Shown here one piece after another: positions 30,128-38,553 of a stretch of 64,000 nucleotides of DNA (position 1 is its first letter; the number at the start of each line of letters is the position of its first letter). This DNA is from Candidatus Heimdallarchaeota archaeon (GTDB lineage Archaea; Asgardarchaeota; Heimdallarchaeia; JABLTI01), in assembly GCA_018238155.1 (NCBI GenBank), contig JABCTZ010000046.1, positions 318,784 through 382,783 of the forward strand. The letters are read 5' to 3'. The notes below the pieces were generated by a model that did no database searches, had not been told where the DNA came from, and saw only the letters and a program-made list of their open reading frames with translations. The translations under genes and the position numbers were made by a program.

Positions 30128-30868
30128 ATGAATTTCCCTCACGTTATAGTTCCTCATTCTAAAACATGCCTTAATCGACTATCACCCAATATGCTATATG
30201 GTTTATTTGTGAAGGAATTTATATATCAAGCTAAATTTAGAAAATTACTAACACAAAAGAATTGGACTGACCTTAAAATAGAACCACGAGGTTACGCAGC
30301 CAATTGCTCACTTCTTTATTTTCTTATTAAATTTCTTGATGAAAAAAAACCAAACAAAGTCCTTGAGCTTGGTTCTGGACAAACAACAAAATTGTTGTTT
30401 AGATATGTTAAAGAAAACAGCAATAGTTATGTTCTCGTATTAGAAGACAATATTGAGTGGTTCAATAATATCAAAAGAAATTTCATTTCTGAAAGATTTA
30501 GCTATCTCCATAAACCTTTGGAGGAGCTAGAAGTAAATGATAGAATGTGTAATTGGTATTCATATGATTTCGCGAATATAAATCAACAAGAGAAAAAATT
30601 CAACTTAGTTCTAATAGATGGGCCCAAAGGTATTAGACGATTCTCTAGGTTAGGAATTACTAAATTTCTTCTTGAAATCATTGATCAAAATAATTTCGTC
30701 ATTATTTTTGATGATTCATCCAGAAAAGGTGAAGAAGATACCATTAAGATTCTTCTAGAAAAATTCGATTCTATTGGTTTAGATTACATCAAATTTAATC
30801 TCTATGGTTCTAAAAAACAGACATGTTTTGCATCCAATAATCATCAGATTTTTTTTGATAATTTATGA
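30128..30868 (+). CDS. Class I SAM-dependent methyltransferase-like protein
   Basis: VLELGSG, LVLIDGP, IIFDD. Confidence 0.75.
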   Translation: MNFPHVIVPHSKTCLNRLSPNMLYGLFVKEFIYQAKFRKLLTQKNWTDLKIEPRGYAANCSLLYFLIKFLDEKKPNKVLELGSGQTTKLLFRYVKENSNSYVLVLEDNIEWFNNIKRNFISERFSYLHKPLEELEVNDRMCNWYSYDFANINQQEKKFNLVLIDGPKGIRRFSRLGITKFLLEIIDQNNFVIIFDDSSRKGEEDTIKILLEKFDSIGLDYIKFNLYGSKKQTCFASNNHQIFFDNL

Positions 30869-31202
30869 ATAACATTTCCTGCTCTCTTAATAATACACAT
30901 AATTACTTTAGTATACTTGGTTCCAAAACCAAATGGATTTATAGGTCCTGAGAAACATTTCTTAGAGCCAAGAAAAAAAATCATTTTCAATTATAATTCT
31001 AGTAATTTTCTCTTGTAAATCTAAAAGACAAAAGTAGTTCTTCAAAACTAGAAGAGAAGAACGATGGTATTTATCGTTCTCCTCATTTGAAGGCAGTAGA
31101 ATCTATCCCCCGAAAAAATTCGGGTTTTAGAATCAGCGTGTACAATTGATGTTTGATACAAGTGTCTAACTTGCAGTATCTATTATATAATGAAATATTT
31201 GA

Positions 31203-31304
31203 TCAGCGGAATATGATAATTGATTGAGTTGTTTTCTTTCTAAACTCATCGACATCAATATATTCTCGCTTTTTGAATCGCTTTTTTTCTTTGTAACCTT
31301 TCAT
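31203..31304 (-). CDS. Unannotated 33-aa basic small protein
   Basis: MKGYKEKKRFKKREYIDVDEFRKKTTQSIIIFR; GAGGT SD and a TTAAATA box upstream. Confidence 0.45.
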   Translation of the reverse strand: MKGYKEKKRFKKREYIDVDEFRKKTTQSIIIFR

Positions 31305-31481
31305 CGTTTCAACCTCGTTTTTGTTCTAGCTATATCTATAGCTGGGCACTCTATTTAACAAAAGTGAGTAAAAATGACCATATAGATTTAAATCAGAAGC
31401 TTATGAAAAAACGAAAAAAGAGAAATAAAATGCTCATATTATAACAAAACAAATATGAGAATAATAGGAAAAAAAGTCAAA

Positions 31482-32342
31482 CTAGTCGGTTTCTTCAGTT
31501 GCTGTAGTCCTTTCCAATTCTTCAACTAACGACCTGATTTCATTTATGCTTTCTCTTTCATGCTCAATGAATCTGCGAATAATTTTCTTTATTGTCCATT
31601 GCTCTTTTGGGTACTCTGGAAGTTTTTCAGAAATTAATATCTCATTTGCATGATTTGCATATTTAGATCGTAGTAAAGCAATTGCTCCAAGTTGGACTTT
31701 GAAAATTCGTTCGTAAAGTGATAGTGATTCAAGTTCATCTGTTGTTAAATTTATTACACCAAAAAATTTCTCTTCTAGCTCTGCTCCAAAACGAGAAATA
31801 TAAAACAGTTGCGATTTGTATATCTTCGCAAGTAATTGGTTTATTGTTGGTTTTTCTTCTAAGATTTTTAGTTCTCTTTGTTCTTTCGAAAATTGAAAGA
31901 CTATTCTCATCAGTGCTTCTGGAAGGGATTTTATTACTTCTAAATAGAATTCAAAATCTTCTTCACATATTTCTTCATGATCCGTTTTGAATAATGCCAA
32001 TTTATTAGTTGATGCATTTTGCTGTGTTATGTTAGTGATTTCTTCGACTACTTCTAATTCGTTGATTCCTGCAAGAAAACCTTTTGATTTTAGTATGTAA
32101 TCATTTTTTGAAAAATCCTTTGAAAGCAGCCATTCACTATATTTCCTTACATCTTTGAGCAATGCTTCAATTGCAGCCTCTTTTGTTGATGCTCTTGCAC
32201 AGCATCCAAGAAATTCTGCCGCATGGGCATAGAAAATCTCTTTCCCTTCTTCTAGGTTAATTTTTAGTTCAGCCAAATTGTTTAACGACCATCTGAATAC
32301 TTTAGTTTTCTTCTTTCTTTTCTCTCTAAAATTTTCTGTCAA
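31482..32342 (-). CDS. HicB-like N-terminal plus DinB-like protein
   Basis: AHAAEFLGCCARASTKEAA and WTIKKIIRRFIEHE. Confidence 0.55.
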   Translation of the reverse strand: MTENFREKRKKKTKVFRWSLNNLAELKINLEEGKEIFYAHAAEFLGCCARASTKEAAIEALLKDVRKYSEWLLSKDFSKNDYILKSKGFLAGINELEVVEEITNITQQNASTNKLALFKTDHEEICEEDFEFYLEVIKSLPEALMRIVFQFSKEQRELKILEEKPTINQLLAKIYKSQLFYISRFGAELEEKFFGVINLTTDELESLSLYERIFKVQLGAIALLRSKYANHANEILISEKLPEYPKEQWTIKKIIRRFIEHERESINEIRSLVEELERTTATEETD

Positions 32343-32428
32343 AGTACGTTATTATAGACTAATTTCTCCTCTATTAGTATTTTAACATTTGTTATTGAGA
32401 TAATTATGACAATTTTGGGTTTTTGAGC

Positions 32429-34297
32429 TCATTCTTCGTCTCTTTCTATCCATGAGAACTTATTTTGCAATGTTTTTGAGTAATAATTTCTCCAGTCATA
32501 GTCTACTTCTTTCCCCCAAGCATGATATACTCTTGGATCAATGTATGATTTCAAGCTAGTTCCTAAATTCCACTCCTTAGTTTTCTTGGAAATTCGCTCT
32601 TGTGATTCTATTTTCTTAAATGCTTCTTTTGCCTTGTAAACACGTTCCTTTGCAGTACCTACGCTATTCTTTCCTCTAACGATTTGACTTTGAGCGGTTT
32701 CTATACGTTTCTTAGCTGTGCCAATGCGTTTCCTTTGTGTTTGTACTTTCTTTTTTTGTTTCAAACTTGCTCGAATGAGTTTCTCTTTCTCCTTTGAATT
32801 TTGCTCAGAAGTAGAAAGATCATCTAGCTCAAGTAAATCAGCTTTCTTTTGCTCGAGAATTTTTTGTTGAGTTTTTTCTTGTTTTCGTCTTTCTTTTAGG
32901 TTCTTCTTAAGCTCTTCAAGACGTTCTTCTCTACCACTTTGATTTAGTTTTGCTTTTTCAATACGTTCAGTTGATTTAACCTTACGTTCTCTAAATCGTT
33001 GAATTCTATTATCCCAATTTTTGGGTACTTGTTTCATATGAGTACATACAACTGCTGCCTCTCTATTGGCCATCGTTGCAGCTTCTTTCTTTTTATACTC
33101 TGGATCATCTGCAGAAGTATCAGATTCTTCTAAATGAGCTGAAACGATATTTGTTGCATGAAACGTTCTAAATACTTTTGCTGTAAGACCGGGTACAATA
33201 TTACTGAAGAATTCATTTACATGAGTACTTCCTATTTTCGAGAAAATCTGAGGTTTATCTTGTAAACTCTTTTCAGCTTCATCAATTAGAAATTGCAATT
33301 CTTTCACAATATATAATGGAAAAGTAGTATTTTTATTCCATTCCACAGAATCTTTTCCAAGAAAATTAAAATTAACTTTTTCACCATCAATTGTTATATG
33401 TTCAGGTCTTAAAGTAGTTGCACCAACGGTATCTGCTTCATCTTCGTCCTTTTCATCACCGACTCTTAAAATTAATTGATCAATGATGTAACAAGCAAGA
33501 GCAATTTTCCTTGTGCGGGAATTATCACTTCTAATACCATTTTCTATTTCTAATCGAATTTTCTCTAAATGATTGTTAATTTTCCGGGCTTTGTTGAATT
33601 TTTCAATTTCTCTATCTTGTTTTATTGGTGTGTTATCGGATAACCACACATATTTTGTTCTTTTAGAAAGTTTATCTTCCCATTTTGCAACCCAAAGACA
33701 TTCTGGTTCCCATACTATCTCTTTCCATTTTTCATTCCAATTCTTTTCCTTTTGTTTTTCTGATAACTCACTTAAATTAAGAATTATATCTTTTGAACAA
33801 GGACCTTCTTTCCATTTACCTCTCATTGGATGTTCTCCCCGACCCATAAATATACTACTTGGTTCAGCGGTCCAAGCTCCAATTTCTACTTTCATTCCAT
33901 CTAAAGAAGCTGTGCCATAATATTCTTTTAACTCTTCTCGAACAATCTTTCGGTCTTCTCTTGCTTGCTTCTTTTGTTCTTTAGTTAAGCTTTCTCTCTT
34001 AGCTCTTTCAGATTCAATATGATCGATTACTTCAGAAAAATCAATATCTTCATCTGTGAGATTTTCATGCCCTAATTTTCTGCTGAAGTCAGCAAAGAAA
34101 TTCTTGCAAAAAACAGGATCATCTACATAGACTGTAGAAAGTTTTCTCACCCAGGCAATAGCCATTTGTTCTTGCATGGGATCGAGTTCTATCCTAGAAT
34201 CTTTTAGTCCGATTGTCAACCCAAGATGAGGAATATCTGAAATCATGATTCCGTTGTGAATTAATTTATTTATTTTTGCCAAGGGACTGAACCTCAC
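32429..34297 (-). CDS. Eukaryote-like DNA topoisomerase IB
   Basis: FMGRGEHPMRG, LRVGDEKD, ADTVG, FLGKDS, TAKVFRT, VCTH, long coiled-coil linker, catalytic Tyr in SLKSYIDPR. Confidence 0.95.
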   Translation of the reverse strand: MRFSPLAKINKLIHNGIMISDIPHLGLTIGLKDSRIELDPMQEQMAIAWVRKLSTVYVDDPVFCKNFFADFSRKLGHENLTDEDIDFSEVIDHIESERAKRESLTKEQKKQAREDRKIVREELKEYYGTASLDGMKVEIGAWTAEPSSIFMGRGEHPMRGKWKEGPCSKDIILNLSELSEKQKEKNWNEKWKEIVWEPECLWVAKWEDKLSKRTKYVWLSDNTPIKQDREIEKFNKARKINNHLEKIRLEIENGIRSDNSRTRKIALACYIIDQLILRVGDEKDEDEADTVGATTLRPEHITIDGEKVNFNFLGKDSVEWNKNTTFPLYIVKELQFLIDEAEKSLQDKPQIFSKIGSTHVNEFFSNIVPGLTAKVFRTFHATNIVSAHLEESDTSADDPEYKKKEAATMANREAAVVCTHMKQVPKNWDNRIQRFRERKVKSTERIEKAKLNQSGREERLEELKKNLKERRKQEKTQQKILEQKKADLLELDDLSTSEQNSKEKEKLIRASLKQKKKVQTQRKRIGTAKKRIETAQSQIVRGKNSVGTAKERVYKAKEAFKKIESQERISKKTKEWNLGTSLKSYIDPRVYHAWGKEVDYDWRNYYSKTLQNKFSWIERDEE

Positions 34298-34378
34298 ATT
34301 TCTTCATTCTATGGTATTTTTAAAAGCTGTGAATAGTCCATTTAAATGAATTAAAGAAAGACTAGATAAAAGATGGTA

Positions 34379-35083
34379 TTATCTTACCTCACATACTTTA
34401 AAATTAGCTTTAATTTTTTCACAAGCATCTTCAAGAATACCTAATCGATATGGTTGAAGTTTTTCAAATTCCTTATCATAACACTTCAGAGGTCTAAATT
34501 GTTGTATATATAACCTCTTTGCTCCTTTAATCATCTCAGCAATGATTGGTATGTCATGTTCTGGATCAATTATTGTAGGAACAATTGTTGTTCTAAATTC
34601 ATAATCAATATCAGAATTAATTATTATTTTAATAGACCTTAGAATATTTTTGATGTTAACTTTTTTACCTGCAGCGAGATGATATTTCTCTGGAATAGCT
34701 TTAACGTCCATTGCAATATAATCAAGCAATTTGTCATCTATAAGTTTCTGAATTACAGCAGGATGATTACCATTGGTGTCAATTTTTGTTTTTAGACCCA
34801 TTCCTTTGATAATTTTCAGAAATTCAGGCAATCTTTTACTGATCGAAGGTTCTCCTCCTGTAATAGATACTCCATCCAACCATTTGCTTTTTGATCTCTT
34901 TTCAATTTCTGCAAGAATTTCATCAATATCAAAACTTTTTACTGCATCTAAAGGAATTAAATCCGGATTATGGCAGAATGGGCATCGAAAATCACATCCT
35001 GCAAGAAAGATACTATCTACGATTAGACCAGACCACTCAATAATTGAACCTTGCTTATACCCCTTAATTTCAAGTCCCGGCAA
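34379..35083 (-). CDS. nrdG: Anaerobic ribonucleotide reductase activating enzyme (radical SAM)
   Basis: GCDFRCPFCHN, ITGGEP, DTNG, YEFRTT. Confidence 0.92.
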   Translation of the reverse strand: MPGLEIKGYKQGSIIEWSGLIVDSIFLAGCDFRCPFCHNPDLIPLDAVKSFDIDEILAEIEKRSKSKWLDGVSITGGEPSISKRLPEFLKIIKGMGLKTKIDTNGNHPAVIQKLIDDKLLDYIAMDVKAIPEKYHLAAGKKVNIKNILRSIKIIINSDIDYEFRTTIVPTIIDPEHDIPIIAEMIKGAKRLYIQQFRPLKCYDKEFEKLQPYRLGILEDACEKIKANFKVCEVR

Positions 35084-35102
35084 TTGTTATTTCATCTCGA
35101 TT

Positions 35103-35363
35103 TTATTTTGCTTGAAGCTCTTTTTGTACAAGATCTATTGGAGGTACTTCGCCTCTCCAAGCTTTGACTTCACTATCAGCTTCATCAACGATAATCATTG
35201 AAGGGGTTGAAAGAACATCAAAATAAACTGATTCTGATAAACCTTCTTCATCATCTAAATTAAACCACTCTACAGTAGTGCCTTTTTCTTCAAGTTTTTT
35301 TGCTAAATCTTTTGCTTGTGGGCATTTTGGACAATCTATTTTTGTAAATACTTTTAGTTTCAT
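35103..35363 (-). CDS. nrdH: NrdH-like thioredoxin/glutaredoxin
   Basis: CPKC redox motif, VLSTP cis-Pro; located in the nrd cluster. Confidence 0.8.
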   Translation of the reverse strand: MKLKVFTKIDCPKCPQAKDLAKKLEEKGTTVEWFNLDDEEGLSESVYFDVLSTPSMIIVDEADSEVKAWRGEVPPIDLVQKELQAK

Positions 35364-35478
35364 TTTCTGTCTATCCTCAAATTTTTTTCTGTCTATTATA
35401 CTATTAATCTAAAAAATAAATATAAAAAGATAAAGAAAGAGAAGGGGCGGACATGGTGGTCCGACTTGATTAAGCACC

Positions 35479-35712
35479 CTATACGTCATCAGACCAATAA
35501 TTGCCTTTTTGTCTTCTCTTTAACTCTGATTTCTTAGAGTTGTTCCAATTATCAATTATACTAAAGTATCCTACTACTCTGCTTATACCGTAAACATTGT
35601 CGCTGTTACAGTATGGGCAATTAGGAGTAGAACACGTTTCACCTACATGTTCTATATTTTGTTCTGTTCTTACAGTGGTTATTTTTGTTATAGTTGTTTT
35701 TGCCTGTTCCAT
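35479..35712 (-). CDS. Stand-alone glycyl-radical domain of class III RNR
   Basis: CPYCNSDNVYGISRVVGYFS..NWNNSKKSELKRR; own SD (GAGG) and TATAAAT box (35753-35759). Confidence 0.85.
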   Translation of the reverse strand: MEQAKTTITKITTVRTEQNIEHVGETCSTPNCPYCNSDNVYGISRVVGYFSIIDNWNNSKKSELKRRQKGNYWSDDV

Positions 35713-35792
35713 ACGATTTTTCCTCTATAGTTGATTTTTTCTTTTTTAAGCCATTTATACTGTTTTTTTTATTATTTCTTTTTTTTAGCCCA

Positions 35793-38213
35793 CTATTGAC
35801 TTTGTGCAGAAGAGCTTGTTGATCTACCAAAGCCCCTACTAACTTGTCCACAATCTCTACAGACTGTAAACTCTGGGGAAAACACTATTTGTGCGCTCTG
35901 GGTATTATCCCATGTTTTCTTAACCAGATTCATAATTGATTCCGCCGAAGGCTTTTGCTCACCGACGAAAATATGTGTGATAGAACCGCTTTCAATAAGA
36001 GTATTGAATTTTCCTTGTTTAGAAATTCTATCAATGATATCAATAGGTGCATCAGCTGCGAAGTGTGCACTATTGGTATAGTAAATTGATCCTTCGTTAA
36101 TATCACCTTTGACATAATGAATACTGTCAGGATATTCCTTTAGATCAGTTCTCGCGAATTTAAATGGAGCACTTTCTCCTGGTGTTTCTTCAAGAGTAAC
36201 TGTCAAACCATGAAGCTTTTGGAGAGCTTTTGCTTTCAGGTTCATTCCAGCGATAACTTTCAAACCTAATTTGTAGGCTTTTTCACTGTCATGTAATTCT
36301 TCATCAATGAGATATTGCACACATTCATTTAATCCAATAACGCCAATGATGTAAGTTGCTTTTTCCAAATCAACATAGGGTCGTCCATCTTCAGCATTCA
36401 TACCAATTTGCCAAAGGGTGCCATTTTCTTGAGTCATAAGTTGAGTAATGAATGCCTTCTTCTCAAGATGAGCTTCCATCGCTAAATCCATTGCTCGTCT
36501 AATTTCTTCGATTGTCTTCTTTACGTTGCCTTTTCCAGCACGATATGCTGCTTGTGGTAAATTAATGCTTACATTTTGGAATCCACAATAGCGCATGCTT
36601 TCAGGATGTTCAATCATGTACATGTCAGTGATTGTTGTTTTTAGTCGACAACACATTGAAAGATTGATTTCATCACGATCAAATATGAAATAAGTTGAGC
36701 CATTCTCAGAAGATATCTTACAAGCCAGTTGTAACAATTTGTACTGTTTTGGGTCATCAAAGGAGCTTTGATCAACGTGTAAATCGAATTTTGGAAAGGG
36801 GAAAACTTTCGATTCAGAATCTCCTTCTAACCAAACTTCCATTAATGCTTTAGCAAACAATTGAGTTTCTTTTTCGTACTCGCCATAATTTTTTCCAGTG
36901 TATTTACCACCAGGACCAATTGCGGGAATATTTTTGAGATATCTAGGAATGCCTAGATGAATATTAAAATCTACAAAAAGGGTTTGTCCCCCTCTTGAGA
37001 ACGCATTTTGACTACAAGAATAAATCAATCGTTGTGCTTCTTGTTTAATTTGTTTATATGGGACACCAACAAAATATGGGGCATAAAAGATATTCAGATA
37101 AGCTAATCCTAAAGCACCGGCATAGTATGCTTGCATTGAAGCTAAGAATGTATTAAGATGCCCAGTAAGAGTATCTGCATGATTTGCTGGGTTTGAAACG
37201 GTTGAGAGATTTAACAAGTTCAGACCATATTTTTTGATATATTCCAAGCTATGTGCAGAGCAATATACCCTTACAGGGAAACCCAAATCATGCAGGTAAA
37301 TCATTCCTTTTCTATGTGCATTTGCTACTTCTGGAGAGAAAAGCTCCTGAAGAGCATATTTTTTCAAAACTGCTTCTGCAATAGCAAGGTTCACCGCCTC
37401 TGGATTATTGGCGACTACATTACTATTTTCTTTGCTTTTTGAATGAATAAGTTGTTTAAGATCGAAAATAGGCATACCAACAGATTTCTGTTGAGTTAAT
37501 TTTGATTTATACCCACGAATAAATAATTCATTATCAACTAAACTTCTGATAAGGTCAACCGAAATTACATCATAACCTGAAGCGAAAATCTTTCGCTCTA
37601 CTTCTGTAGAAACAGAATCGGCATCAGCTTGATCTAAACCAGCTTCTTTGACCAAAGCAGCAGAAATTTTCACTCGATCCCAGCTAGAAATTTCTTCACG
37701 AGTATCACCTGAAACCATTAAAAGAAGTTCAGTAGAATCACGACTTTTTACATCTACTTCTTTTACTACTTTTAGCTTCTCCAACTCACGTTCAAATGAA
37801 GCGATATCAGTGAATCGTCTATAAACTGAAGCATAACGAATATAGGCGACTTCGTCGAGTCCTCTGAGTTTTTTCATAACTAACTCTCCTACGATATTAG
37901 CTTCGATTTCCAATTCTTCGTTTTTTCTCAATTCACTTTCTATTTCATCAATAACTTCTTCAATTTCCTCAGAAGAAATAGGTCTTTTTTCGCAAGCCTT
38001 TACTATTCCTCTTTTAACTTTCTCACGATCAAATGGTTCCCTACGTTTATCCTTCTTTACAATAGTAAGCTTCACTTGTTCTATTCGTTCATAAGTTGAA
38101 AATCGCTTCTTACATTGAAGACATTCTCTTCTTCGTCTATTTGCTTTCATGTCTTCTGATGATCGTTTATCAACGACTCTTGTATTGGGCGATTGACAGT
38201 AAGGACATTTCAT
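35793..38213 (-). CDS. nrdD: NrdR-NrdD fusion: NrdR repressor plus second ATP cone plus class III RNR core, lacking the glycyl-radical loop
   Basis: MKCPYC..RRRRECLQC..RFSTYE and VAYIRYASVY (NrdR); YLHDL, VYCS, FPFP, SMCCRL, ETPGES, YYTNS (NrdD); ends shortly after TVCRDCG. Confidence 0.92.
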   Translation of the reverse strand: MKCPYCQSPNTRVVDKRSSEDMKANRRRRECLQCKKRFSTYERIEQVKLTIVKKDKRREPFDREKVKRGIVKACEKRPISSEEIEEVIDEIESELRKNEELEIEANIVGELVMKKLRGLDEVAYIRYASVYRRFTDIASFERELEKLKVVKEVDVKSRDSTELLLMVSGDTREEISSWDRVKISAALVKEAGLDQADADSVSTEVERKIFASGYDVISVDLIRSLVDNELFIRGYKSKLTQQKSVGMPIFDLKQLIHSKSKENSNVVANNPEAVNLAIAEAVLKKYALQELFSPEVANAHRKGMIYLHDLGFPVRVYCSAHSLEYIKKYGLNLLNLSTVSNPANHADTLTGHLNTFLASMQAYYAGALGLAYLNIFYAPYFVGVPYKQIKQEAQRLIYSCSQNAFSRGGQTLFVDFNIHLGIPRYLKNIPAIGPGGKYTGKNYGEYEKETQLFAKALMEVWLEGDSESKVFPFPKFDLHVDQSSFDDPKQYKLLQLACKISSENGSTYFIFDRDEINLSMCCRLKTTITDMYMIEHPESMRYCGFQNVSINLPQAAYRAGKGNVKKTIEEIRRAMDLAMEAHLEKKAFITQLMTQENGTLWQIGMNAEDGRPYVDLEKATYIIGVIGLNECVQYLIDEELHDSEKAYKLGLKVIAGMNLKAKALQKLHGLTVTLEETPGESAPFKFARTDLKEYPDSIHYVKGDINEGSIYYTNSAHFAADAPIDIIDRISKQGKFNTLIESGSITHIFVGEQKPSAESIMNLVKKTWDNTQSAQIVFSPEFTVCRDCGQVSRGFGRSTSSSAQSQ

Positions 38214-38342
38214 TATTCTAGTTCACTCGTTTTTTCTTAGGCACTATTTTCTTGCACCGAATTTTCCTTAGGGGTTTTATGTCGGGTTTAGGAGACGGTC
38301 TCGCCTCTGAGCGAGTTTGTTTCCATTGGAATGCACCAGAGA

Positions 38343-38389
38343 ATACCACATCTGGTGGTTTGTGTTCCCTCAAACACAACATATTGTAT
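38343..38389. promoter_or_regulatory. Tandem NrdR boxes
   Basis: ATACCACATCTGGTGG (38343-38358) and ACACAACATATTGTAT (38374-38389), 31 bp start-to-start, just downstream of a minus-strand TTTAAATA box (38415-38422). Confidence 0.8.
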
Positions 38390-38553
38390 ATAATACTGTG
38401 TTCTGAATCAATTGTATTTAAAGGTTATGAGAATAAAGTCATTTAAAAAAAGGAGTAATTGTCTATTATAATCGATAAAGAATTCAGTAAAGAGTTTTTC
38501 ACTTGAACAATTTGTAAAATAAAAAAAGAGAAATTGTCCTATAAATATTTCAT

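Noticed and set aside
35639-35851. 70-aa ORF bridging the two nrdD parts, suggesting programmed frameshifting
   Set aside because: It is in a third frame, so two shifts would be needed. It encodes A-run low-complexity sequence, and the small gene has its own SD and TATA box.
38214-38342. Cobalamin riboswitch upstream of nrdD
   Set aside because: No recognisable B12-box or core consensus.
38252-38446. 64-aa ORF on the + strand
   Set aside because: Antisense to the nrd promoter/leader and spans the NrdR boxes; no coding evidence.
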